The translations under genes and the position numbers were made by a program. The notes beneath the pieces were generated by a model that was not told where the DNA came from, did not search any database, and was given only the letters and a program-made list of their open reading frames with translations. Positions 16,397 through 28,899 of a DNA stretch of 64,000 bases are shown here, piece after piece (position 1 is the first letter of the stretch; each line of letters opens with the position of its first letter). Source of the stretch: Phaeosaccion multiseriatum (lineage: Eukaryota > Protista > Ochrophyta, other classes). The stretch spans positions 2,294,001 to 2,358,000 of the forward strand of contig OZ218961.1 of assembly GCA_965112735.1 (NCBI GenBank), in the 5' to 3' direction.

Positions 16397-17279
16397 CTGT
16401 CTATCTATCTATCTGTCTGTCTATCTGTCTGTCTGTCTGTCTGCTTGTCTGTCTGTCTGTCTGACTGTATGTCTGTCTGTCTGTCTGTCCGTCTGTCTGT
16501 CTGTCTGTCTGTCTGCATATCCGGCTGTCTGTCTGTCTGACTGTATGTCTGTATGCATGTCTGTCTGTCTGTCTGTCTCTGTCTGTCTGTCTGTATGTCT
16601 GTCTGTCTGTCTGTCTGTCTGCCTGTCTGTCTGTCCGTCTGTCTGTCTGTCTGTCAATCTCTCCATCTATCATACAGGCCCCGGCACTTCCCTCACAAGA
16701 GGTGCCAGAGGAGCATCCTCCGCGGGAGCCTACCCATATGCCTTTGGAGGCCTCTCCATGCCTACGGAGGCCTTCGAAGCAAGCTTTGATATCGTCAGCA
16801 CAGAGCATGAGACAGGGGGGAAACAAGAGGTGCTTGAAGCAGAAACGGTGTTGGTCACGGCACGGGTAATGGGTAGGTTAGGACATCACCTTGGGTACCT
16901 TGGGGGTGGGGCTGGGGGACCCAACCAGGGGGGGGGGCATCAGGCAGCGGGCTGGCTACTGAGGCTTGGGCATGCGAGGCTGGGAGCAGCTGTGATGGAT
17001 GTGTGCCAGGTGAGTGAGTGCAGTCAGTCAGTGGGTGGGTGGGTGAGTGGGTGCAGTCAGTAAGTCAGAGGGTGGGTGGGGGACGAAAGAGGGATAGGGA
17101 GAGCGAAGGAGGGAGAGAGAGAGAGCAACAGAGGGAGGGAGTGCGGCGAGTGAGCAAGAATGGCCCTCTACATACGCTTACGTAAGCATTACATGTATGC
17201 CTCTTTGCCTCTACTCATCCCCTCTCGGCCCTTGTGCCTCCATCCATTCCCCTCTCTGCCTTTAGGCCTCCACTCATGC

Positions 17280-17334
<55 letters not shown>

Positions 17335-20300
17335 TGTGTCTCCATATGCCTCTATCCAGGTGCCTTCGGAGCACAGGAAGGCCGTGCTGCGGATGTTCAG
17401 CAAAGTGGCGAGGAGGTGCGCGAGCTGAAGGGGAGGGGGGCAATCACATCACATGATCGATCAAGGAGAGGAGCAGTCAGGGGAGGGGGGCAATGAGTTG
17501 GGGCAAATGCCTGCCCTTTGTCCCTTCCTCTTGCGCTCTGTCCGTTGAGAGAGGCTCTTTGCTCTACTTTAACTCTCCACTGCTCTGCCCATTGATGTCT
17601 CTGCACTGCTATACCCATACGCCTCTACTATGCCCATATGCTTCTTGTTGCACTTCTCCGCTCCTCTGCTCTCCTCTGCTGTTGTCCCACTCACGCTCAT
17701 CTCATGTGTATACGATTCACTGCTGTCCACACACGCACTCACGCACACACACACACGAACGCACAAACACACGCGCACACACACACACACACGCACACAC
17801 ACACACGCACACACACACACGCACACACACACACGCACACACACGCACACACACGCACACACGCACACACACACACGAACAAACGCACACACGCACACGT
17901 GTTGGTGATACAGGCAAATCGAGGCCAGAGCGGTTGGAGCCGAGCTTCTGGGCAAGGAGGGCAAGGCAGGGAAGGAGGGCAAGGGGATGGCAGTGGATGG
18001 CCAGGAGGGGGTCAAGGAGGGGATTGGGCAGGCGCTTGTGGACAGGCTCAGGCCCTTGCTCATGGCAACTCATAGTGGAAGAGGAGGGGGGGGGATGGCA
18101 GCGGATGGAGCGGCGGTGATGGATGTGCTGCAGAGGCTGGAGCATGGTACGTAAGGGGTGTCAGGACAGGGGGTGGTATCAGGTGTCAGGGTGTTAGGAC
18201 AGGGAGTTTCAATGCTTCACTTCCACACTTGACTTTTTTCAGTTTGACAGTTTGACTTTGTCAAACCCCCCACACCATCCACTACCATCCTCCTCCCACT
18301 CCCCATGCACTATTATCATCCTCCTCCTCCTCCTCCTCCTCCTGCCATCCACTGCCATCCCCCCCCCCCTCAGGCCTGAACCACACTCCTGCCGCCAAGT
18401 GGCTGCAACGAGAAGGAGGTACGGCATCCACGGCAGACAACAAGAGGGTAAGTATGAAGGGGTTAAAGTAGAGGGGATACCGTAGAGAACAAGGGGGGAA
18501 GAGGATGCAGAGGACAACAAGAGGGTGAGAGGGTAAGAGGGTGGGTGAGGCAGTGAGGACAGTGAGGAAGAGGGTAGAAGGGTGGGTAGAATGAACACAG
18601 CAGACAGCAAGAGGATAAGAGGATGGGTAAGGAGGGTAAGGATAAGTGATGAAAGTGAAGTGAGAAGGAGGGTAAGAGGGTAGGGCAGTGATGGGTTAGA
18701 TTCGGTAAGTGGTTATTGAGGAAGGAGATGAAGGAGACTGAGGGAAGTGAGGAAGGAGACGAAGGAGACGGAGGGAAGTGAGGAAGGAGACGAAGGAGAC
18801 TGGGGGAAGCGAGGAAGGAGATGAAGGAGACTGAGGGAAGTGAGGAAGAAGACGAAGGATACTGAGGGTAGTGAGGAAGTGAGAAAGGAGACGAAGGAGA
18901 TTGAGGAACTAAGAAAAAAGACAAAGGAGACGAAGGAGACTGAGGGAAGTGATGGGCAGTGATGGGTGTTGAGGGTGTGATGGAAGAGTATGTGTTGTGG
19001 GACAAGTAAATGATATGCCCCTGCCCTCCCCCCCCCCCCTTCACTTGTTCTGAAACGGCCGTGGCGATGGATGGCACTATATGCACACACACACACACAC
19101 ACACCCCACAGAGTCGAGGCAAAGGAGCGGCTCCTGCCTCCCTGAGCCGCAAAGAAGCTGTCAAGGTTAGTGAGTAAGTCAGTGACCTTTGGTGTGACTT
19201 ATTGATTGGATGGTTCGATTTAGTTTCAGCTTCAAGGGCATGCATGTAGTGAGTGCTGACGTTTGGTGACTTACTATGTCTTGGTTGGTTGGTTCGCTTC
19301 CTTGGGTCCCTCTTCCACACCCACGCTGACCCGCGCCACCGATCAACGTGCAAACTGAACCTGAAACTGCATAAACTGAACCTGAAACTGCGCAACCCGT
19401 CCTTCCGTTTGTTGTGTGACGTACGTGCTTCAGGTGAAGCGCGCGTTAAAAGCCGCCAAGGAGGCGCTGGACTCGCTTCGAGCTCTGCTGCACTGCCTGG
19501 GCAGGTGAGGAGATACTTGAGGGGATGCAGGGACGTCCTTATGGAAGGCATAGATAGGGACGGCCTTATGGAAGGCATATAGATAGGGACGGTCTTATGG
19601 AAGGCATAGATAGGGACGGCCTTATGGAAGGCATATAGATAGGGACGGTCTTATGGAAGGCATAGATAGGGACGGCCTTGTGGAAGGCATAGATAGGGAC
19701 GGCCTTATGGAAGGCATACATAGGGACGGCGAGGGGGGGGTGGCCACAGGGAGACAACGGCGTTGGGGACGGCTTATTGTTTGAAGGGGACAGAAGGAGA
19801 CTCCAATATGTCAATGATTGCAATACGTCAATGATTGGGTATGGGTTGGTTATAGAAGTGATGCTCACTCACGAAATCCCCCTCCCTTGAACGATGAATT
19901 ATGAATAATGGACAGGCTGGGCCTCATTTCTCCTCCTGAGGAGGGCTTACGCAATCACCATCATCACCACCATCATCATCATCACAACCATCAGCAGCAG
20001 CAGCAGCAGCAGCAGCAGCACCCCCATCAGGATAGGAAGGACAAGCACAGCAAGGACTCGGCACTTGGCATCGGGGGGGGGGGCAGTCACCCGGGGGGGG
20101 GGCATCACCATCACGACCCCCCTGGGGGGGCTCATTCCCCCCTGGATCCGCCCCCCCTGCCCCCCGGGGTGGCCCCTGTGCGTGTGTTGTTCGATCTCGG
20201 CCTCACACACGACCTCGGCATCTTCTGCAGCGGTGAGGGAGTTGGTGATACAGAGAGAGGGAGGGAGGGAGGGAGGGAGTGATTGCTTAATCTGCGCTGC

Positions 20301-20476
20301 CCTCCCAATCTTACCTTCCCCCCTCCCCATCCACTGCCATCCACTCTTCCTCCCATCTACTGCCATCCCCCCTCCTCTCCCCTGCTGCAGGAAATGTGTT
20401 CCAAGCTGTGTTTGTGCACAGGGGAGTGGATGTACTCGCCAGCGCCACCAACAGCAACGCCGTAGCGCTGGGAGGT

Positions 20477-20520
<44 letters not shown>

Positions 20521-21942
20521 AGAGAGAGGTAGAGGGGGTGAAAAGACGGAGGGGGGGGGGAGCCATGTAGAGTGTACATGTAGAGAGAGGCTTGTGGAAC
20601 GTCGAGCCTTCGCCACCCTCACCCCCCTATCGTTCTTCTCCATCCCCCCCCCGCTGCCATCCCCCCTTCCTCCCTTCCGCTGCCATCCTCTCTCCCCTCC
20701 ACTGCCGTACCAATCCCCCCTTTCTATCTTTACGAATCCCCCCTTACGTATCAATATGTATCAATATGTGTATGCATCAATCCCCTCTTACTGTATTACC
20801 GCAGGGAGCTACTCCGAGAGTCTCCGGCTGCGCTCCTCCTCCTTCCCCCTCTGTAGAGAGGCAATGGGAGTACGCTTCTTTGTAGAGAGGCTCGCAAGTC
20901 TCGCCTCGGAGTCCCTCTCTCAGAGCAGGAGAAGACTCGGCCTCCACGATCTGCCCGCCTCGTTGAGTAGGATCACTTCACCGGCAGAGGCGCTGGTCTG
21001 CTCACAGAGGTGGGTGGGGTAGTGAGGTAGTAATGTTAATGGTAGGAAGGAAATAAGTCAATGGGCGGGTGGGGTAGTGAGGTAGTATGTCAATGGTAGT
21101 AAGGAAATAAGTCAAGGGGTGGGTGGAGGTGGGTGTGTGGTGTGGGTGGATGTGTGTGTGTGTGTATGTATGTGCGTGTGTGTTAGCGTGCGTGAGTGTG
21201 CTTGTGTGTGTGCGTGTGTGTGTGTTGTATCCAACTCGTCATTTCCCGCTGCTCCTCTCTCTCTCTTACCCTCGCCTCTGATGCCCAACGCCACCACGCA
21301 CCCCACTCTTCACCTACACACAAACCCACGCAACCCCATCCACTCTTCCCCATCCACTGCCATCCCCATCCCCGTCCACTGCCATCCCCTCCCCATCCAC
21401 TGTTCCCATCCACTGCCATCCACTCCTCCCCATCCACTCTTCCCATCCACTGCCATCCCCATCCCCGTCCACTGCCATCCCCTCCCCATCCACTCCTTCC
21501 CATCCACTCCTATCCCCATCCCACCCCATCCCCTCCCATCCCCATCCCCGTCCACTGCCATCCACTCCTCCCCATCCACTCTTCCCATCCACTGCCATCC
21601 CCTCCCCATCCACTCCTCCCCATCCACTGCCATCCCCATCCCCATCCACTGCCATCCCCTCCCCATCCACTCCTCCCCATCCACTGCCATCCCCTCCCCA
21701 TCCCCATGCAACAGCGGACTCGGCAGCGAGGGCCTGCAGGAGCGACTGCTTGTGGCGAGTCACCTTTGGGCAGCAGGCGTCAGAGCAGAGTACCTCCCTA
21801 CCGACACACTGCTGGGCAGGGATGGCAGCGGATGGGGGGGGGGCATCTCGCTAGACCAGGTGGGGGAGGTGGAGGTGGTGGCAGTCGATGGAGATGGCAG
21901 TGGATGGGGGATGGGGGTGGCATCGCTGACTCGGGCAGAGGC

Positions 21943-22006
<64 letters not shown>

Positions 22007-23476
22007 ATGTCTCTCTTCCTCTCTCTCCCCCTCTCCCTCTCTCACACTCCCTCTCTCTTCCTATCCTTCTCTCATCATCTCTCTTTCCCTCTTTCTCCCT
22101 GACCGTCCCTCTCTCTCTCTCCCTCTCCCTCCATCCATCCCTCCATCCCTCCCTCCCTCACCCTCCCTCCCTCCCTCCCTTGACCCGTCCCTCCCCTTCC
22201 ATCCCCCCCCTCTCTACAGACGACGGAGCTGTGCCTACGCCTGAAGATCCCGTTCCTCGTGGTGGCCAAGGCACACATGCTACACGAGAAGGGCCAGGTA
22301 GGGAAGGGGTAGGAAAGGGGCAGGAAAGGGGTAGGAAAGGGGGCAGGAAAGGGGCAGGAAAGAAGTAGGCAAGGGGTAGGAAAGGGGCAGGAAAGGGGTA
22401 GGAAAGGGGGCAGGAAAGGGGCAGGAAAGAAGTAGGAAAGGGGTAGGAAAGAAGTAGGAAAGGGGGCAGGAAAGGGGCAGGAAAGGGGTAGGAAAGGGGT
22501 AGGAAAGGGGTAGGAAAGGGTATCGATGTATTATGATCGAGTATGTCACTGAACTAACACCGAAACTGAAACTGAAAACCGAACGTATGCCCGAACTGGC
22601 GACACCCCTCCCCCTCTAACCTACTGTACCACCAACTGCTGCATGTATGTTTTGTGTGTGTATGCGTCACAAAGGTGCGCGTGCGAAGCGTGTTCGAGCA
22701 GCGAGGGGTGGCCGACGACCACGTGCAGCTTCAGGTTAGAGTTAGAGTTTCACTTCCCAGGGACAGGCGGGAGGGGGAGTGTTTGGAGGTTGAGGGTACT
22801 GCGTACTGCTCCTCCCTCCTGTGGGACTCCTCCCCTGCCCCTTCAACTTCAACTTCCCCTCCGTTCACCTTTTCTCTCCTCTCCCCTCATCCTTTCTCCC
22901 CCTCCTCCTATGTGTGTGTATATGAATGCGTATGTGTGTGTGCGCGTCATGTGTGTGTGCGCGTCATGTGTGTGTGTGTGTGTGTGTGTGCGTCCCTCCC
23001 TCCCTCCCTCCCTCCCAGGACCTCGGCTCCACCATTCTGGAGCGTTTGCAGCGCCTCCCCGGGGGGGCGGAGAGGGACTCCGGGGAGGTATATGGGCACG
23101 ATCACCCCGGTGGGGGAGGAGGCTCCTTGGGCTACCATCAGGTCAGGCGCATGAGCGTTCTCTTTGTTGACCTCTCTCTCTCTCTCCGTGGCAGTCGCGC
23201 TCTCCCTCTCTGTATCTCTCTTCTCTTGCTCTTGCTCCGTCCTTGGCCCTCCTTCTCTCTCGCCTCCTCTACCCTTGCCTTTCTCCCTCTCCCTTGTTTG
23301 TGTGTTTGTGTACCTTCATGTTGTCGATGAGGCATTTTGTTTGTTTGTTGACCTCTCTCTCTCTCTCTCTCCGTGGCAGTCGCGCTCTCCCTCTCTATCT
23401 CTCTTCTCTTGGTCTTGCTCCGTCCTTGGCCCTCCTTCTCTCTCGCCTCCTCTACCCTTGCCTTTCTCCCTCTCTC

Positions 23477-23509
<33 letters not shown>

Positions 23510-24879
23510 TGCGTGTGTGTGTGTACCTTCGTATTCTCAATGAGGCACTTGTCTGTGCCTTGGCTCGTCACAACTTCCCTCTGCCCCTCCCTCCCTCCCT
23601 CCCTCCGTCCCTCCCTCCTTCCCTCCCTCCCTGCCTCCCTCCCCCAGCCACCCCCCCACCAGGGAACCGGGTCGGTCGGAGGGGGGGGTCCCTTAACGCC
23701 TCTGGCGTCCTCGGAGAGCTCAGTGGTGCTGCTCGACAGCCACGGGGGAGATGGCAGCAGATGGGGGGGGTCAGACAAGGGCAGGAGGGACTCCGCCAAG
23801 AAGACCTCCGCACTTAGGTACGTACTGGCGTCGACGATGGCAGTGGATGGACGGCACCTGACGTACCTACTTGGTGGGCAGGCCTTTTGAATCCAAACAA
23901 CCTCGCCCCCCGCACTTACCCCCCCCCCCCGTCCTTTCCCTTTCTATCCCTGAAACTACTTACTCCCTTCCCCGAAACAACATCATATCGCTATCATCAC
24001 CATCCTCATCATCATCATTATCATCATCAGAATGCGTATCCAGAGTCTCCTCGACGCGACCCGAGGGGGTCACTTGTCCGAAGGCGGTCACGGTTCAGAG
24101 GCTCTGTCCTCCTCCTCCTCCTCCCCTTCCTCCTCCTCCGCCGCCCTGGGCCCCCTGGTGCTGGCCACGGAGGCGCCTTTCTCAGCGGTTCGGGCATACG
24201 GGTCTGCCTATATGCTTGAGGGGGGGGGCAGCAAGGAGGTGCAAGAGCTGCTCAAGGCCTCGGGGCACAGGAAGCAGGTCGGGAGGGAGGGAGGGAGGGA
24301 GGGAGGGAAGGAGGGAGGGAGGGGAGAGAGGGAGGGAGGGGGGAGAGGGAGGGAGGGGAGCGAGGGAGGGAGGGGAGAGAGGGAGGGAGGGGAGGGGGTG
24401 GGGTATTCTTGGGGTGGAGGGCAGTCGCGGGGAGGGGGGGGGGGGGAGTGGCAGACGGGCACACAAACGGGCATACAGGCATGCAGACATACAGGATGTA
24501 GGCATACAGGCATACAGGCATGCAGACATACAGGCATGCAGGCATACAGGCATACAGGCATGCAGACATACAGGATGTAGGCATACAGGCATACAGGCAT
24601 ACAGGCATGTAGGCATACAGGATGTAGGCATACAGGCATACAGGCATACAGGCATACAGGCATACAGGCATGCAGACATACAGGATGTAGGCAAATCCGC
24701 GGATAGGTGGGCAGGCCCAAGGTGGGCATATTGGGGTGTAGGATAGTAGGGATAGAGGCGTATTAGGAGGGCCTTGCAGAGCTAGCTGGTGTCGGGACGA
24801 AGGTGGATCAGTATCTGGTGTCGGGACGAGAAGGCCGGAGCAGTAACTGGTGTCGGTCTTCACACTCGCTCTGTCTCTC

Positions 24880-24911
<32 letters not shown>

Positions 24912-25599
24912 GCACACACACACAGTCTCTCTGTTCTACCTTCAAAAGTGCTCGCTCTCTCTCTGACACTCGCTTCTGTCCTCTGTGCTATGCCCATATG
25001 ACTTGACTCCGACTCCCCCTCGCCGCTCTCCTGCCCTCTCCTGCCCTGTGTCCATATGCCTCTACTCTCCGCAGCTCAAGCTGCTGCACGAGGCGCTCAT
25101 TGCGCTGAAGGAGAGCAACGATGCCAGCGACGGCAAAGCCGAGCAGGGGGGAGGCAGGGCCCAGCAGGGCAGGACCCAGCAGGGGAGGACCAAACGGGGA
25201 ACCTCCAGCCACAGTGTGCGTGCGTGCGTGCGTGCAGGGGAGGGGGAGGGGGGAGGAGGGGCCTGTCAGATCGAAGTCGGTCTCTGCCTCCATCTAAGCC
25301 CTCTCTCACCCCCCCTCCTCTCCCATTCCCTCTCTCTCTTCTCCCCATACCTTTCTTGTCTTCGCGTCTCCCCTCTCTTCGCTGCCCCCGCCACTTTCTC
25401 CCCCCTTCCCTCCACTGCCATCCATCCATCCATCCATCCATCCATCCATCCATCCATCCATCCATCCATCCATCCATCCATCCACCCATCCCTCCCTCCC
25501 TCTTCCCAGCGGCCCGTGGTGACTCGGCAAGCGCTTGTGTACTGCATCCCCGACGACTGCATGGACCTCATCACCGTCAACATCAGCAAGAGGCGATAG
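2816..25599 (+). CDS. GCN2: eIF2-alpha kinase GCN2 (RWD + kinase with long insert + HisRS-like + C-terminal region), many introns
   Basis: RWD: [46 protein letters not shown]. Kinase: [114 protein letters not shown]. HisRS-like: [53 protein letters not shown]. Stop at 25597-25599. Confidence 0.95.
10760..11195. repeat. (CCT)n microsatellite in GCN2 intron
   Basis: Direct reading. It explains the poly-P/L/E/R ORFs. Confidence 0.95.
11555..12150. repeat. (CACT)n microsatellite in GCN2 intron
   Basis: Direct reading. It ends just before the acceptor at ~12158. Confidence 0.95.
12921..13135 (+). repeat. 81-bp tandem repeat spanning a GCN2 exon end and its 5' splice site (3 donor copies)
   Basis: GGGTACAGGGGGAGGGTGGAGGAGCAG|GTCAGT starts at 12921, 13002 and 13083. 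Confidence 0.9.
16140..16655. repeat. (CTGT)n microsatellite in GCN2 intron
   Basis: Direct reading. Confidence 0.95.
21330..21705. repeat. Minisatellite built from CCATCCACTGCCATCC units, before a GCN2 acceptor
   Basis: More than 10 degenerate copies, ending at the acceptor ~21714. Confidence 0.9.
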
Positions 25600-26012
25600 A
25601 TAGATGGCACTCTATGGTATACCGTACGAGTAGAGGAAAATGGCAGGAGCTTTCAGATGGCACTATATGACTTAATGGCACCAGATGGGCGGAATATACC
25701 ACCGCCTTTTCCTGTGTACTAGTACACTGCTCTCCATCCTTAAAGCTCCCTCCCTCTCGTTCTCCTTCTCCTTCTCCTTCTCCTTCTCCTTCTCCATCTC
25801 ACGCTGGGCGCCCCTTCGTCTCTCTGCCTTTTCCCGTAGTACCTCCTGACGACGGTGGGGGCTCCGTTCGTCTGGGAAACTCCGCTTGAAGATGACTTTT
25901 CGCCGGCTTGCACTTCCCTTCCCTTTGTGCGGCCCACATCCCACAGTTCACAAAGACAGCTGCCGCCAGCAACAATCCCTGCAAGAGAGGTCCTCATACA
26001 AGGTATATAATA

Positions 26013-26284
26013 TCCCTCACCCTGATGCTGACTCTGACCCTGGTGACCATGACCCTGACCCTAACCCTGACCCTGACCCTGACCCTGACCCTGACCCTGA
26101 CCCTGACCCTGACCCTGACCCTGACCCTGACCCTGACCCTGACCCTGACCCTGACCCTGACCCTGACCCTGACCCTGACCCTGACTCTGACCCTGACCCT
26201 GACCTTGACCCTGACCCTAACCCTGGTGACCCTGACCCTGGTGACCCTGACCCTGGTGACCCTGACCCTGACCCTGACCATGAC
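26013..26284. repeat. Telomere-like (CCCTGA)n array 1
   Basis: CCCTGA units with CCCTAA, CCCTGGTGA and CCATGA variants. Confidence 0.95.
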
Positions 26285-26571
26285 GTTCAGCGTCAATGAA
26301 GCATCGCTATCTTCTATTGACTCCTATGCTTGTCTCGTCCGATTCTACTCTATCACGGTGAGAGGGAAGGAGGAGTGGGCAGTGTGTGAGCCTCTCTTCA
26401 GCGCTGCGGAGGGAGGGGCGTGGTGCTGCTCGATCAAGCACTTCGCAGAGGGAAAGCGCCAAATCTGGTTATATTGCTACGAAGTAAGGCATTAAGCCGC
26501 TATCGATGGCACCGTGTGCGAAACTAGGCGGTGCTTTACCCAGGAGGGGCCGCGCTGTCTGCCCTGGTCAC

Positions 26572-27786
26572 TCAGTCCTCGCAGTCGCAGGGGTGACCAT
26601 TGGCGTGCACCCACTGCTTCATCTCCTCAAAGGCGGCAGGGGCCATATCCCATCCACGACCGCCATGTGTGATTTTCACGACTTGTGGGCATGCCCACAT
26701 GTTCCAGGGACACATGACCTCCTCCGATCGGAGCCACTTCAGCATAGAGAGGCTCTTGGCGTCATAAACTGCAGAATAGCAGACATCTGCACCCCAGCTG
26801 CACAGCTCCCGTGCGTTTGCATGCAGCCACTGCAGCACTTCCACATTGCCTCGCCTGGCCGCACAATAAGCCCCATCCCTCCAGCCACCCGCTGAAGCTG
26901 AAGTTACCTGCCGCCTCCATCTCAGCTCTGACCTTCGGATGATGCAAAAGCATGTCCAACGCTCGAATGTGCCCCGCAATTACAGCCTCCCTCCACATAT
27001 CAGATTGAGGAGGGCCCTCAAACTCGTCGGACAGCAGCCACGTAAGAACCTCCACATTACCGCACTTGCCAGCTTCACCCCAAATATACCACTTGTCCCA
27101 CGGGCACCGCTCCTTGTTGGGCAGGTCCTCCACTCGCAGCCATTGGAGGATACTCAGCCAGTGCGTGCCTTTCATTCCTCACCGCAACCATGCAAACGAT
27201 CGAATCCCAGGCACACCCCATGCTGTGAAGAGCCTTGCAAATACGCACATCTCCGTACTGTGCCGCAGCTCTAAAAGTCTTCACACTCAGCTCATACCCG
27301 CACTTCCTGGCCCACTGTTACGATATAAGACATCTCAATGTGCCTTCAGTATTATCCAAACGTTCGGATAATACTGAAGGCACATTGAGATGTCTTATAT
27401 CGTAACAAAAGGTGGGTTCCTTGAGCCCTACACCTTCGCACCGGGGCGCTCCACAGACTCAACCACACTCCTTATCCGTGTTGTCTTGGCCGGATGGAGA
27501 CGTCTGTAGTGGCCCTTCCACTCCTTGCTCACCGCCGCTACGAACAAGTCGTGACCCCCACCAGTCCACTCCATCACACTGATGACAAGCACAGCCTGGG
27601 CCAGGGCCTGTTCACAAGCTTCGAAGGTTTGAGCATCGCTTCCCTCGCCTCCAGCAAGGGCAGCGGGAACGGGAGAAGCTGCCCTGCCACGGCGGCGCTG
27701 CGACCTTGCGCCTCCATCGAGGAGTCAATGGGGGGTGGGGCTGGCTGGAGCCTTTTGCCACCCATCTTTCGGCTCGGTCCGTCCAT
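26572..27786 (-). pseudogene. F-box-like/ankyrin-repeat (CPW-type) gene copy 1, disrupted
   Basis: Colinear with copies 2 and 3 (LQWLHANARELC, CPW repeats, C-terminus HANGHPCDCED). Disrupted by +4 bp insertions at ~26881 and ~27156, a +5 bp duplication at ~27680 and a 131-bp insertion at 27316-27446. Confidence 0.9.
27316..27446. mobile_element. 131-bp insertion containing a 92-bp near-perfect palindrome (TGTTACG...CGTAACA)
   Basis: Absent from paralogs, where CTCAAA occupies the site. 27316-27407 is self-complementary except for one mismatched pair at the centre. No TSD. Confidence 0.8.
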
Positions 27787-28468
27787 GTCTTTCGCGGCCC
27801 CACTCTGGATGACTGCTTGACACGTATGATGTGGCGCGCGCGGGGAAGGTGATCGGGGGGAAGAAGCGCTTTTGCTTTCCTCAGCGAAGCCTGGTACGAC
27901 GAGGGAAGGGAAGGGGGAGGGGGGATGACAGGAGGGAAGTCACACGCAGTGTGATCAAAGGCGGCATCGGTACCTCCCCTGCTGTTGGGCCTTTGCCGAG
28001 ACCCCCCCCGAAGAGCCGAAGAGTGCGGAGGGCAAGTTTACTTCGATGGACTCGATCACCATCTCCCAGCACGGCCTCGACTACTCTAAGCCTCGTCTAG
28101 CCTGCACTCTTCAGCGCCACATCCTACCTGCTGCTTGGTCGAAGAGGGACGGAGGGATAATTATGGAGGGGAATGAAAAAAAAAATTAAGTGACACATAG
28201 GCAAGTTGGTTGCTCGGAGTCGGCCCTGTGATCAGAGGGCGTTTGGCGGGACGGCCGGCCTTTGGTTGCAGCCTTGCAGCTCTCTGCCTGGGGAGTATAA
28301 GTCACTCTTCCCTCCAGCAGCCCACCTACGACACCCCCTCTTTGTGCTGCACTCTATCTCATGTTGTCGCGGCCATTCGCCCCTTCTGTTGGCTGCTGCT
28401 GCTGATGTGCAGACACTTGACTTCAACAAGCCGCAAGGTCCTGTTCCAGAGCAGTCGAGGTGTCGTGG

Positions 28469-28612
28469 GCCTGACCCCGACGCTGACCCTGATCCTGACC
28501 CTGACCCTGACCCTGACCCTGACCCTGACCCTGACCCTGACCCTGACCCTGACCCTGACCCTGACCCTGACCCTGACCCTGACCCTGACTCTGACCCTGA
28601 CCCTGACCCTGA
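28469..28612. repeat. Telomere-like (CCCTGA)n array 2
   Basis: Direct reading. It separates cassettes 1 and 2. Confidence 0.95.
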
Positions 28613-28899
28613 CGTTCAGCGTCAATGAAGCATCGCTATCTGCTATGACTCCTATGCTTGTCTCGTCCGACTCTACTCTATCACGGTGGGAGGGAAGGAG
28701 GAGTGGGCAGTGTGTGAGCCTCTCTTCAGCGCTGCGGAGGGAGGGGCGTGGTGCTGCTCGATCAAGCACTTCGCAGAGGGAAAGTGCCAAATCAGGATAT
28801 ATTACTACGAAGTAAGACATTAAGCCGCTATCGATGGCACCGTGTGCGAAACTAGGCGGTGCTTTACCCAGGAGGGGCCGCGCTGTCTGCCCTGGTCAC

